Below, one piece after another: positions 7,724-17,475 of a stretch of DNA of 64,000 bases. Below the pieces are notes generated by a model that worked only from the letters and a program-made list of their open reading frames with translations, made no database searches and had not been told where the DNA came from. This DNA is from an uncultured Gammaproteobacteria bacterium (GTDB taxonomy: Bacteria > Patescibacteriota > Patescibacteriia > Magasanikbacterales > GWA2-37-8), in contig CAZINT010000002.1 in NCBI GenBank assembly GCA_964540825.1, positions 128,993-192,992 of the forward strand. Reading direction: 5' to 3'. The position numbers and the translations under genes were made by a program. How positions within the stretch are numbered: position 1 is the stretch's first letter; every line of letters starts with the position of its first letter.

Positions 7724-8830
7724 TTACCAAAAGAGAATTTTTTTTATTATGCGCCAGTAAAGCGATAACACAGGATTACCGATTGAATTCAAAAGAAAAT
7801 TATTAACCGCCGGATCATCAAAAACAATCTTCCCTACGGTTGTTTTTAAGAGCGTGCGATCTGAAACCATACGAAACTCTTGCATATGCCGCCTTTTTCT
7901 AAGCCAAAATATCCAATTTCCAGGGTGCAGCCAATACCAGTATACCCGGATTTTTTCCTTTAGCCAACCTTTTTTGGCCGCAACTACCAAGAGTCCAAGT
8001 TCGGTCAAAAAGCCTGCCGGAAGTGTAAGCAATATCGTTCGCCAGCGATAATACATAAGAATAACCGCGTAGCGATTGCGTTCCATTAAATACATTTTTT
8101 CGGAATTACGGCTAAAGGCATATTCATGATAAAAAAGTGAAGTAGTGGCTACCCCCACTTTTAAACCAGCCAGTTTGAGACGCAGCGAAAACTCTAAATC
8201 TTCGTGATACAAAAATAAGTCTTCATCAAGCAAGCCGTATGTTTTAACAAGGTCTTTACCAATCAGTAGAGCCGCCCCGCTGGCATAGCCAATTTCTGTT
8301 ATTTTTTCCGGCGTATCACGGAGCTGATCTTGGAGCGGCAGTTTATATTTATCGCAATAACCAAAGCCTAAAAAATGTAAGTTATTGCCCATGCTATTAA
8401 TTTTTTCAGGAGCGTGATGCAGCAAAATTACTGATTGGAGCGCGCCAAAACTTTTATCAGATTCAGCTGCAGCCACAATTTCAGCAAGCGCGTTTTTTTC
8501 TAAATACCCATCTTGATTATGTAAAAAAATGTAGTCACACCCAAGTTCAAGCGCTCGGGCAATACCGACATTATTGCCGCCAGCAAAGCCCAAATTTTTT
8601 GTTTGCGGTAAAATGATTATTTCCGGTAATTCTTTTGTGGACAAAGGCTCCAACAGCGCTCTCAGGTACTGCTCGGCGGATCCAAAATCGGGGTGCGGAT
8701 TATCTACTACAATAAAAACTAACCTATCCTTAGGATAGGTAGTTTTTGCCAAGGCCTCAATCGCTCGGGGTAAAAACGGTTCAGGGTGATAGGCCAGATA
8801 GACGATGCCCAGCTTAGGATATTGGTCCAT
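7724..8830 (-). CDS. Glycosyltransferase family 2
   Basis: The N-terminal GT-A region reads VFIVVDNPHPD and a DxD-like motif reads HNQDGY. Confidence 0.8.
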   Translation of the reverse strand: MDQYPKLGIVYLAYHPEPFLPRAIEALAKTTYPKDRLVFIVVDNPHPDFGSAEQYLRALLEPLSTKELPEIIILPQTKNLGFAGGNNVGIARALELGCDYIFLHNQDGYLEKNALAEIVAAAESDKSFGALQSVILLHHAPEKINSMGNNLHFLGFGYCDKYKLPLQDQLRDTPEKITEIGYASGAALLIGKDLVKTYGLLDEDLFLYHEDLEFSLRLKLAGLKVGVATTSLFYHEYAFSRNSEKMYLMERNRYAVILMYYRWRTILLTLPAGFLTELGLLVVAAKKGWLKEKIRVYWYWLHPGNWIFWLRKRRHMQEFRMVSDRTLLKTTVGKIVFDDPAVNNFLLNSIGNPVLSLYWRIIKKILFW

Positions 8831-9680
8831 AGTATTTATGCGTACCGCGCCATTTCCACATGTACTTAAGCCAGCTTAACAGGTGCAAACGGGCTAAACG
8901 ATTTTTAAAAAGAGCACGCCATACTCCCGGGATTTTCGCAGATTCGCGCTCATGGCGGTGTTTAATAACAATATCGTGCACAAAATAAACCGGCCATCCT
9001 TTCTCCCACATCGACCGGCACCAATCACAATCTTCCATATAAATAAAATACCGTTCATCAAACCAGCCCACCTCCATCGCGACTTCATGGCGCACGACCA
9101 TGGCTGCGCCCAAGACCCAATCCACCGGGCGCGTCGAATTACGGTCAAAATCGGCCATGAGCAGTCGATCCGTATACTTTTTCACCCACGCGTATTTCTT
9201 GTCCCAGTTAATTTGTTTGAATGGTTTGATCAAAATAGAGCTCAAGTCAAACCGAAAGCATGCTTGCTGCACACTGTCATCCATGCCGATCAGCTTCGGC
9301 CCAATACATCCAATTTTAGGATGAACATCCATAAAGGTAATTAAGCGGTCAATCGTCTTGTTGCCCTCGGGAATAATCGTGTCTCGATTGAGGGCAAAAT
9401 AATAACGAGCGGGTACGGCTTTGAAGCCAGCTGCATTGCCTTTACCGAAACCAACGTTATCTTTCAAATTAATATATTTAACGCTGGGAAATTTTTGATA
9501 CAGGTCTTTGCCAATACTATCTTGATTATTTGAATTATCAACGACCGTAATATGAATAGCATAAGACGACCCGGCAATGTCTTTCATAACCGAATCGATC
9601 GCGCGCAAGATATCATCCTTGCAAAAGTAATTGAGAAATACGATGTTAAGATCTTTCATTTGTATAATTAAGTCCACCAT
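8814..9680 (-). CDS. Glycosyltransferase family 2
   Basis: GT-A fold motifs (VVDNSNNQD, DxD region). The 3' end overlaps the downstream gene by 17 bp, consistent with translational coupling. Confidence 0.8.
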   Translation of the reverse strand: MVDLIIQMKDLNIVFLNYFCKDDILRAIDSVMKDIAGSSYAIHITVVDNSNNQDSIGKDLYQKFPSVKYINLKDNVGFGKGNAAGFKAVPARYYFALNRDTIIPEGNKTIDRLITFMDVHPKIGCIGPKLIGMDDSVQQACFRFDLSSILIKPFKQINWDKKYAWVKKYTDRLLMADFDRNSTRPVDWVLGAAMVVRHEVAMEVGWFDERYFIYMEDCDWCRSMWEKGWPVYFVHDIVIKHRHERESAKIPGVWRALFKNRLARLHLLSWLKYMWKWRGTHKYYGPIS

Positions 9681-10702
9681 TTTCGAAGTTCCAGCGCAGT
9701 TATCTTTTTGTATGCTTGGATAACTTTTTGTGCTTGCTTAAAATCTTGGCGGTGCTTCCACAGCTCGAGCAGCCCCTTTAAAATACTTGGCTTAAAGAAT
9801 AAAAAATACCCAAACTTCTTTATTTCATACCATAAAAGGGCCAAAAAATCAAGGGTAGAACCCTCCCATGCTGCGTTTTTATAAAGCGTAGCCAAATGAT
9901 TTTTATAGCTGTGATACGCAACAAAATCAGACTGCAAACGTTTACCCCGTACTGCTGCAGCATCACCGAGTTTAGCGCCGTGGGCCGCTGTTCGATCGTG
10001 ATACGCTACTGCATTCATGACGCTGTAGGCCTCAAACCCAGCTAGGCGAAGGCGGAAAGCCAAATCGACATCTTCTTTATACATAGTGTATAAACCGTCA
10101 AAAACTGTACCGGCCGGAAGAAGCACTGCTTCAAGACAGCTTCGTCTGAAGAGCGGCAATGCACCGGAAACGCCAAATACTTCAACGGTGCCAGACTTCT
10201 GATGAGGCCCCCAAGTCTCCCCCGCCCCCCACTCAACAACGCGCCGATTTTTGAGGACACGCAAGCCCAAAGAATCAATTGTTGTTGTAAAGCCGTGCTC
10301 CGCGCCTGCTGTGGCTGACCGGACAAAATCCCAGCGCATAAGGCGCGGTGTACAGACGGCTGCCTGTGGACGTTCTTTAAGCGCGGCTAGTAATTTTTCA
10401 AAACAGTCAGCTGCGAGATACAGATCTTGATTAAGAAGTACCACAAACCGACTAGCACTTTTCGTAAAGGCAAGATTATGCCCACCCGCAAAACCCTGAT
10501 TGGTCGTACTTATAATCAGTTCTGACTTTTGTACCAGTGATTGCAGCTCATTTTCTAAGATATGCACGGTTTCGTCGGTGGAATTATTATCAACAACAAT
10601 AATATCCCAATCAGTAAAGGTCTGATGCTTAAGCGAAGCAAAAAGAAACGGCAAATATTTAGCGCCGTTCCAGGTGACTAGTTGTACTGTCAGCTGAGAC
10701 AT
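9668..10702 (-). CDS. Glycosyltransferase family 2
   Basis: TVQLVTWNGAKYL...IIVVDNNSTDET is a typical GT2 N-terminus. Confidence 0.8.
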   Translation of the reverse strand: MSQLTVQLVTWNGAKYLPFLFASLKHQTFTDWDIIVVDNNSTDETVHILENELQSLVQKSELIISTTNQGFAGGHNLAFTKSASRFVVLLNQDLYLAADCFEKLLAALKERPQAAVCTPRLMRWDFVRSATAGAEHGFTTTIDSLGLRVLKNRRVVEWGAGETWGPHQKSGTVEVFGVSGALPLFRRSCLEAVLLPAGTVFDGLYTMYKEDVDLAFRLRLAGFEAYSVMNAVAYHDRTAAHGAKLGDAAAVRGKRLQSDFVAYHSYKNHLATLYKNAAWEGSTLDFLALLWYEIKKFGYFLFFKPSILKGLLELWKHRQDFKQAQKVIQAYKKITALELRKWWT

Positions 10703-10704
10703 AT

Positions 10705-11592
10705 CTAACGCTCAATGGCATTTCTGAATTTAAAAATTTTTTCAGCGCTTAGTAAGCTATACAGCCAAACTACCAAAATGCTTAGTGGACTCAAAATTTG
10801 CAGCACAAATGCTTGGTAGGGCTTATGCCATTTCTTAAAATAAATGACTGCGCTTTTGAGAAACTGCTTTTGTCGCCTCACATGATTAACTTGTTTGAAA
10901 GACTGCCCCATATAATCCACGCACGATACGTGACTCAAATAATACACCTCCCAGCCTAAACGCTTGGCTTCTTTGCAAATATCGACATCTTCAAACCAAA
11001 TAAAATACCGCGGATCAAAAGCAAAACCTAGCTGCTTAACTAGTGTTCGGCGCATCAGAAAGCACGACCCTCGAACAGTATCGACACGCGCCGGCTCGCT
11101 ATCAGGCGGAAGCATATAACACCATCTTCCTAGTAATTTTGGGTAAAAAACCGGCAGCTTAAAAATAATGGCCATGAGCTGACTGAACGAAGGAAAAAGT
11201 GATGGCCTAAGAACCAGGCGGTTTTCACCCTGCTCGTTTACCAATCGGCACCCGACAATTGCTGTTTGAGCATTGGCGTCTAAAAATTTTTTCATTTCAA
11301 GCACGCTAGCACCAGACACTTCCATGTCGGGATTGAGAAATAAAAAATAATTTCCTTGCGCCCCTTTAAGTGCTTGATTGTTAGCTGCCGCAAAACCAAC
11401 ATTTTTGGTATTTTGTATTAAGGTAACCTCGGAAAATTGCTGGGAAATAATAGCGGCAGTGTTGTCGCTCGAACCATTGTCAACTACAACATGTTCGTAC
11501 GATAACCCACGCAGTGCCCGCCTGACAGAATCAAGCTGCCGGGCAATATGTCCGGCAGAATTCCAGGTGACTGTAATAACGGAAATATCCAT
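10705..11592 (-). CDS. Glycosyltransferase family 2
   Basis: The sequences ISVITVTWNSAGHI and VVDNGSSDNT match the GT2 fold. Confidence 0.8.
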   Translation of the reverse strand: MDISVITVTWNSAGHIARQLDSVRRALRGLSYEHVVVDNGSSDNTAAIISQQFSEVTLIQNTKNVGFAAANNQALKGAQGNYFLFLNPDMEVSGASVLEMKKFLDANAQTAIVGCRLVNEQGENRLVLRPSLFPSFSQLMAIIFKLPVFYPKLLGRWCYMLPPDSEPARVDTVRGSCFLMRRTLVKQLGFAFDPRYFIWFEDVDICKEAKRLGWEVYYLSHVSCVDYMGQSFKQVNHVRRQKQFLKSAVIYFKKWHKPYQAFVLQILSPLSILVVWLYSLLSAEKIFKFRNAIER

Positions 11593-11594
11593 AA

Positions 11595-12668
11595 TTATTT
11601 TTTGAGTGCTGCTTTGAAAAAATCGACAACTGGAATAGCCGTTGGATCAATGCCTTCGAGGAGCGCTGAATAGTAACTGGCATAACTGGTAAGGAGCAGC
11701 ACTTCAAAAACTTGGGCCAAAGCATTTTTTTCTTGAGCCACATACGAAACAACAGGAATTTTGCGTTTATCTAAAATCTGTTTGCCGACTTCATATCGTT
11801 TTTGGATACGTTTATCGTAAAGACGTGACTCAACAAAAACAAACAATAGATTCTGAGCGTTAGTTTTAGGATACAATAGCCCTTCCATGAGGTGGTGATT
11901 GAGTTCTGGCACCAAAAAGTACCCCGCAAATCGTTTGGCATTTTCGTTCATCTGGTTGGCGCCGATATGCACATTCCCGGCCAAATGCTCACTGGCAGCA
12001 TACCACACCGTTTTACCGACCGTGCCCCAAGCGAGCGCTTTGGCAAAATTATTACCGCTTTCTGCAGCAACACCGAATAAAGCGCCGTATTTGGCAATAG
12101 CTGAAAGAATTATTTTTATTTCTTTGTCGCCAAACGTAATGAGGCCGGCTGCAGCAAAAATAAGCAGCTGTCCGACTATCGAATACCCCAACCCCATGCG
12201 CGGCGAACCGCACGGATTATTTTCGGTTGTAAATAAAAAGCTGGGTAGTTTGTTTTTTTCAGCCCATGTTTTGAGTGTTCCGCCCGAAGAAATAGTAACC
12301 ACTTTCGCTTTTTTAGCGAGCGCTTCTTTGCCAGCAGCGACCGGCTCTTCGGTTGTTCCTGAATAACTGGAAACAATTACCAGCGTATCTTTTGATGCCG
12401 AAGCTGGCACATGGTACCCATTAATAATGTCTACGGGAACCTGAAGCGAGTTTGCGTAAAGCGCTTTTATAACATGCGAACCGAGCGTTGAGCCGCCCAT
12501 ACCAAGCACAATCACATTCTTAATGTTTGCATATGCTTTAGGAAGCGTAAAACGCTTACCGGAAGTAATTTGCTCAACCTGCTTACCCAAGAGCTCTAAA
12601 CTTCCGAGCATGTTTTGCGTATCTAATTTTTTTATTTTTTCACGCGAGTTGAGAATTGCCTGATGCAT
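11595..12668 (-). CDS. Bifunctional phosphoglucose/phosphomannose isomerase (archaeal-type SIS-domain PGI/PMI)
   Basis: 357 aa with SIS-domain features (VIVLGMGGSTLGSH ... VIVSSYSGTTEE). Its length and architecture match the PGI/PMI family that supplies Man-6-P and Fru-6-P. Confidence 0.65.
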   Translation of the reverse strand: MHQAILNSREKIKKLDTQNMLGSLELLGKQVEQITSGKRFTLPKAYANIKNVIVLGMGGSTLGSHVIKALYANSLQVPVDIINGYHVPASASKDTLVIVSSYSGTTEEPVAAGKEALAKKAKVVTISSGGTLKTWAEKNKLPSFLFTTENNPCGSPRMGLGYSIVGQLLIFAAAGLITFGDKEIKIILSAIAKYGALFGVAAESGNNFAKALAWGTVGKTVWYAASEHLAGNVHIGANQMNENAKRFAGYFLVPELNHHLMEGLLYPKTNAQNLLFVFVESRLYDKRIQKRYEVGKQILDKRKIPVVSYVAQEKNALAQVFEVLLLTSYASYYSALLEGIDPTAIPVVDFFKAALKK

Positions 12669-12694
12669 AAAAAGAAAATTAAAGATAAATCTCT

Positions 12695-13540
12695 CTAGGT
12701 ACTACTCTTTTTACTGACCGCATATTTCATCATCGTGGCCTGCACCGCTTCTTTAATCGGCCTCATCGTGATGCCAAAGTTGCCTAAATTTTCTGACTGC
12801 AAAATTGTATTAGAGCGTTTTTTATCAGCCAACCCTTGTTCAACTAATTCTTCGGCAGTGATCCATTCGTTGGTATGCGTAGGATCGATAAGCTCCCTGT
12901 ACATCTCGAGAATTTCTCGATGACGAATACTGCCCGGATTGGTAACATGAAAAATTCCTGAGGCCCGCGCGCCGAGGAGTTTATAGAATACCTCAATCAT
13001 ATCTTCGACAACCGTCGCACTATTTACCACGTCAACCACCTTGGGATAATGAGCCAACTTGTCAATTAAATTTTGCGGCACTGAAACGCTATCAATTGGC
13101 ATACGAATTCGAGCAATACCAACATTCGGTAGGGTCGAAAGCGTTAAGTCTGCGGCATATTTTGCTTTGGTATATACTGCCAAAGGATTGGCTGGATCGC
13201 TTTCCTTGTAGCCATTCGGATCAGCTGCGTAGCCATAATAAATACAGCCCGTACCCATATGCAGCAAATACACCGATCGCTCCTGACAAGCGTGCGCAAT
13301 TTTAAGCGGCAAAATAGTGTTGCCTGCTATAGTTTCTAACTGGTGCGTTTCGCACCAATCAACGTTTGGTTTTCCGACCACACCTGCCGCATTGAGTACA
13401 ACGTCGGGATGGTGAACATCAAGCAGCGCTCGCACATCAGCGACCGTTTCTATCCTTCCCTCGGCTACAATCGCCTCATCCTTCCACGCCTCAGCACACC
13501 TGAGCCCTAAGTACCCTCGACCGATAATAAGTATTTTCAT
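12695..13540 (-). CDS. rmlD: dTDP-4-dehydrorhamnose reductase-like SDR
   Basis: The N-terminal Rossmann motif is MKILIIGRGYLG, YTKAK matches YxxxK, the length is 281 aa, and the gene is adjacent to rmlB. Confidence 0.65.
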   Translation of the reverse strand: MKILIIGRGYLGLRCAEAWKDEAIVAEGRIETVADVRALLDVHHPDVVLNAAGVVGKPNVDWCETHQLETIAGNTILPLKIAHACQERSVYLLHMGTGCIYYGYAADPNGYKESDPANPLAVYTKAKYAADLTLSTLPNVGIARIRMPIDSVSVPQNLIDKLAHYPKVVDVVNSATVVEDMIEVFYKLLGARASGIFHVTNPGSIRHREILEMYRELIDPTHTNEWITAEELVEQGLADKKRSNTILQSENLGNFGITMRPIKEAVQATMMKYAVSKKSST

Positions 13541-13549
13541 ATGTAAACA

Positions 13550-14554
13550 TTAAAAACGTTGTTGTGCTCCAGGATCGATATCGGGCCGTCCAGCTTTCAG
13601 CGGCCGCCACCAGGCTTCATGGGCCTGATACCAGGCAACCGTTTCCTGGAGCCACGTATCAAAATCATGCTCGGGCTGCCAGCCTAATTTTCTAATTTTA
13701 CTGTCGTCAAGCGCATAACGAAAATCATGTCCTAAACGATTCGGTACATACTCAATCAGCGCTTCAGACTTGCCAAGAAGCTGTAAAATTTTCTGAGTAA
13801 CTGTGTAATTAGTTTCTTCTGCACCTCCAACACAATACGTCTCCCCGAGCGTACCTTTTTCGATAACAGTTTCAATCGCTCGGCAGTGATCAACTACATA
13901 CAGCCACGAGCGGATATTTTCACCCCTGCCCATAAGTGGAACCTTTTGATTATCAAGCACATTGGTAACAAACCGTGGAATTAATTTTTCCGGATCACAC
14001 CAGGGGCCAAAGTTATTGGCGCAATTGGTGATTGTAATTGGAAGGCCGTACGTAGAAAAATAACTTTTCACCAAAAGATCAGCGGCCGCTTTCGATGCCG
14101 CATACGGCGTGCGCGGCTGGAGGGGCGTGGTTTCAGTAAAAGGCGCGTCATTGAGACCCAGATGACCAAAAACTTCGTCAGTTGAAATGTGGTGGAATCG
14201 TTTAATTTTATTTTTAAGCGCAGCGGCCAATAGCACGTGGGTGCCAAGCACATTTGTTGTGACAAAAATATTCGGATTCATAATTGACCGATCGACATGA
14301 CTTTCAGCAGCAAAGTGCACTACGAGATCCGTTTGAGCCATAAGCGTAGCGACAAGCTCCACATCTGTAATATCGCCGCGCACAAAAGTGTATCGGGGAT
14401 CATTTTCTATATCGCGCAGATTTTCGAGGTGGCCAGCATAGGTCAGGGCATCGAGATTTGTTACACTGTCTTCGGGGTGTTTATTCAGCCAATACCGAAT
14501 AAAATTTGATCCGATAAATCCGGCTCCGCCAGTGACGAGTACGCGCATATGCAA
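13550..14554 (-). CDS. rmlB: dTDP-glucose 4,6-dehydratase
   Basis: The start is probably the third M (14548): MRVLVTGGAGFIGSNF. The catalytic YxxxK (YAASKAAAD) is present, as is strong overall RmlB-like sequence. Confidence 0.85.
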   Translation of the reverse strand: MHMRVLVTGGAGFIGSNFIRYWLNKHPEDSVTNLDALTYAGHLENLRDIENDPRYTFVRGDITDVELVATLMAQTDLVVHFAAESHVDRSIMNPNIFVTTNVLGTHVLLAAALKNKIKRFHHISTDEVFGHLGLNDAPFTETTPLQPRTPYAASKAAADLLVKSYFSTYGLPITITNCANNFGPWCDPEKLIPRFVTNVLDNQKVPLMGRGENIRSWLYVVDHCRAIETVIEKGTLGETYCVGGAEETNYTVTQKILQLLGKSEALIEYVPNRLGHDFRYALDDSKIRKLGWQPEHDFDTWLQETVAWYQAHEAWWRPLKAGRPDIDPGAQQRF

Positions 14555-14558
14555 TACA

Positions 14559-15686
14559 TTAAACAGTTGTCTTAAGAGTACTTACCTTGCTTACGTTGGT
14601 CACGAGCCCCATCGCTGCCATAAGGGCCATGAGCGCCGAGCCTCCTTGGCTGATAAACGGGAGCGGCACCCCCGTTAGCGGCAACGCCCCAACCATGGCC
14701 CCAATATTCAGAAAAGATTGCCACACAAACCAAACCATAATTCCCGTTACCAAAACTTTACCCGCTTCGTCAGGTGCTCCGGCTGCAATTTTAAGACCCC
14801 GCCAACCAATAATTAAAATCAAGATTACAATCGCAGCCGAAATAACAAAACCGGTTTCTTCGCTCATAACTGCAAAAACAGAATCAGTATTTACTTCAGG
14901 CAAGTACTGAAACTTTTGGCGCGACTGCCCGAGGCCCAAACCCCACCAGCCGCCTGATCCGACAGCCAAAAAAGCCTGATTAATCTGATACCCCACTCCT
15001 TGCGGATCAAGCTCAGGGTGCAAAAATGTCGTAAGACGCTGAACACGGTACGGCGCAGCAATAACCATGATTAAAAAACCTGTAAGACCAAGTAAGCCCA
15101 GTACCGAGAGATATTTAACCGGTATTTTTAAAAGATAGAGTATGACAAAAATAATCATTCCAATAATTGAGAGCGTGCCAACATCGCCGGTCAGGAGTAT
15201 AGCCGGACTGAGGGCCAGTAAAATGGGAGCTAGTGTATTTTGCCAATCGTTCCAATCTCTTCGGCGGTCGGCTAATAAATAGGCAAGAATAAAAATTACC
15301 CCGAGCTTAACTAATTCAGACGGCTGAAAACTAAACCCAGCAATACGAAGCCAATTGCGCGAACCGTTAATAACCACGCCAATTCCTGGTACAAATCGCA
15401 GACACAAAAGTACCAGCGAAAAACCATAAAACACCCAGGCGTACTTTACGGAGCGGTGATAATTGACCTTAGAAAAAAAAAGAAAAAGTGCAATACCCGG
15501 CAAAAGACCAAGCAAAATTTGGCGCTTAACAAAAAAATAGCTATCATGAAACTTGAGATAGGCCAAAGGTGCGCTAGCAGAAGTGAGCGCAATAAGACCG
15601 CACACAATTAAAATACCGAGATACAAAAGCAGCCGATAATCTGCTCGGGCGGATTCTCCTGGCTTACGCAATGACAAACGAACCAT
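14559..15686 (-). CDS. SEDS-family peptidoglycan glycosyltransferase (FtsW/RodA/SpoVE)
   Basis: 375 aa and polytopic. It carries the conserved SEDS motifs (...GSRNWLRIAGFSFQPSE..., PEVNTDSVFAV, ...PLPFISQGGSAL). Confidence 0.8.
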   Translation of the reverse strand: MVRLSLRKPGESARADYRLLLYLGILIVCGLIALTSASAPLAYLKFHDSYFFVKRQILLGLLPGIALFLFFSKVNYHRSVKYAWVFYGFSLVLLCLRFVPGIGVVINGSRNWLRIAGFSFQPSELVKLGVIFILAYLLADRRRDWNDWQNTLAPILLALSPAILLTGDVGTLSIIGMIIFVILYLLKIPVKYLSVLGLLGLTGFLIMVIAAPYRVQRLTTFLHPELDPQGVGYQINQAFLAVGSGGWWGLGLGQSRQKFQYLPEVNTDSVFAVMSEETGFVISAAIVILILIIGWRGLKIAAGAPDEAGKVLVTGIMVWFVWQSFLNIGAMVGALPLTGVPLPFISQGGSALMALMAAMGLVTNVSKVSTLKTTV

Positions 15687-15693
15687 ACGATTA

Positions 15694-16113
15694 CTAAATA
15701 TTTAATCCGACAATGAGTACTATGGCGTAGGCTACAAAAGCAATTAATGGCACGGTTAACAGTGATGTGATGCGGGCCAAAATAGCGTTATCCCGATGTA
15801 AAAAAAATGCTGCTATATAATTAACAATCACAACTCCAGTGGCTTCACCGCCGAGATAATACATCTTTTGCCAACTTCCGGCTAAATCAATGCCAAAAAT
15901 GATATTATAATGCAAAAAAATCTGATCTCCGGTTGGGTGGATATGGCTCATAATGTACCACCAGAGCCCACCCAGAATAAGAACTGACAGTGCAAGCGGC
16001 AGCCAGATATAAATGTCTCGAAAATAAATTTTTAAAGCGTAAAACATGTAAATTGAGCTTAAAAAATGGTTTTTGGCGGTCTTGACAGGCATTACATTTG
16101 TAGAGCCTAGCAT
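15694..16113 (-). CDS. Small integral membrane protein, hypothetical
   Basis: 139 aa with about 4 predicted hydrophobic helices. There is a 7-bp gap to the downstream SEDS gene. Confidence 0.45.
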   Translation of the reverse strand: MLGSTNVMPVKTAKNHFLSSIYMFYALKIYFRDIYIWLPLALSVLILGGLWWYIMSHIHPTGDQIFLHYNIIFGIDLAGSWQKMYYLGGEATGVVIVNYIAAFFLHRDNAILARITSLLTVPLIAFVAYAIVLIVGLNI

Positions 16114-16130
16114 ACCAAATTAGCTAGATC

Positions 16131-16160
16131 TTGACAATAATTACCTCAATCAGGTATACT
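16131..16160 (+). promoter_or_regulatory. Sigma-70-like promoter for rpmA: TTGACA–18 nt–TATACT, preceded by the AGCTAGAT upstream motif
   Basis: Read from the sequence. The start codon lies about 40 nt downstream. Confidence 0.5.
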
Positions 16161-16203
16161 CTCTTTACTTATTACACATCTTTTCAGTTAGTTACTTAAC
16201 CCT

Positions 16204-16476
16204 ATGTCCCATAAGAAAGCCGGTGGTTCTACAGACCTGGGCCGCGATTCGCGAGCCCAGCGACTCGGTATTAAACTCCACCAAGGTCAAGCCGCGAAAA
16301 CTGGTATGATTATCGTTCGCCAGCGCGGTACTAAAATTCACCCTGGAAAAAACGTCAAAAAAGGCAGTGACGACACTCTGTTCGCAGCCGCTCCAGGCAA
16401 AGTTGCTTTTTCTTCTCGCAAACGCCGCCGTTTTGATGGCAGCCTTAAACTGAGCAAGTTTGTAAGTGTTGTCTAA
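16204..16476 (+). CDS. rpmA: 50S ribosomal protein L27
   Basis: [16 protein letters not shown]...[16 protein letters not shown]...DTLFA... is a canonical L27 sequence. Confidence 0.95.
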   Translation: MSHKKAGGSTDLGRDSRAQRLGIKLHQGQAAKTGMIIVRQRGTKIHPGKNVKKGSDDTLFAAAPGKVAFSSRKRRRFDGSLKLSKFVSVV

Positions 16477-16484
16477 AGAATAAA

Positions 16485-16514
16485 TAAAAAACGACCTCAA
16501 TGGTCGTTTTTTTG
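16485..16514. terminator. Bidirectional rho-independent terminator: A-run – ACGACC–TCAAT–GGTCGT – T6
   Basis: The hairpin and flanking runs were read from the sequence. It lies between the convergent rpmA (+) and epimerase (−) genes. Confidence 0.6.
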
Positions 16515-16550
16515 TTACCCGTCGTAAGGTATGCGATCACGTACTCTGAT

Positions 16551-17465
16551 CTATAGTAAGCGGGCATCTTTTTTTAACTGCGCAACACCTTCAGCTAGCT
16601 TAATGGTTGGTTTCCAGCCAAGCAAACGCTCCGCTTTAGCGTTATCCGCATGAGTGTATGGCATTTCACCAGCCAGTGCCGGCACAAAGATGGTGTCTCC
16701 GCCAATAAGTGCAGCTAATTCATTAACTGAGTGAGGGTCACCATTACCAACATTTATTACCTCCCCTTTTCCTACCGTATCCTTGGTCATCGCCAGTATG
16801 TTAGCTCTAACGATATCACTCACATGCGTGTAGTCGCGAGACATTTCTCCGTCTCCTCTAATCGTAAGCGGCTTGCCTTCCTGACGCAATTTTATAAACC
16901 GACCAATAACAAGCGCATATGCCCCTTCGGGGTCAAAATACGGCCCATACACATTAAAATAGCACAGAGCGACAGTTTCAAGACCATACAGCTCAGAAAA
17001 AACACGACAATATTCTTCGCCAATGAGTTTATGCAGTGCGTATGGACTCAAAGGCTTTTTAATTGACCCGTCTTCTTTAAACGGCCCCGGGGGCTGAATA
17101 CCATAGGCTGCAGAAGAAGTAGCAAACACTACGCGCTTCACTCCAGTATCGCGCGCAGCGATAAGCACGTTCAATGTACCGTTAACATTAACATCATGTG
17201 TCTCAAGCGGATTTTCGACGGAAAAAACTACCCGGGGCAGAGCCGCTAAATGGAAAATACCCTCGACCCCTACACAGGCTTTTTTAAGCTGTGCCAAGTC
17301 ACGAATGTCACCGGTAATATATTCAGCACCGGGTAAAATCCGGTCGGCTTTTTTACCACCGGCATAATTATCATACACTTTGACTGTGTTTCCTGCCTCA
17401 AGCAGGGCTTTCACTAAATTTGTTCCAATAAATCCCGCACCGCCGGTTACAAGATAGGTCGACAT
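16551..17465 (-). CDS. NAD-dependent nucleotide-sugar epimerase/dehydratase (SDR; UDP-hexose 4-epimerase-like)
   Basis: The likely start is MSTYLVTGGAGFIGTNL (the track ORF extends to 17522). Catalytic YxxxK is SPYALHK. Confidence 0.8.
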   Translation of the reverse strand: MSTYLVTGGAGFIGTNLVKALLEAGNTVKVYDNYAGGKKADRILPGAEYITGDIRDLAQLKKACVGVEGIFHLAALPRVVFSVENPLETHDVNVNGTLNVLIAARDTGVKRVVFATSSAAYGIQPPGPFKEDGSIKKPLSPYALHKLIGEEYCRVFSELYGLETVALCYFNVYGPYFDPEGAYALVIGRFIKLRQEGKPLTIRGDGEMSRDYTHVSDIVRANILAMTKDTVGKGEVINVGNGDPHSVNELAALIGGDTIFVPALAGEMPYTHADNAKAERLLGWKPTIKLAEGVAQLKKDARLL

Positions 17466-17475
17466 AGTAGTTGCA

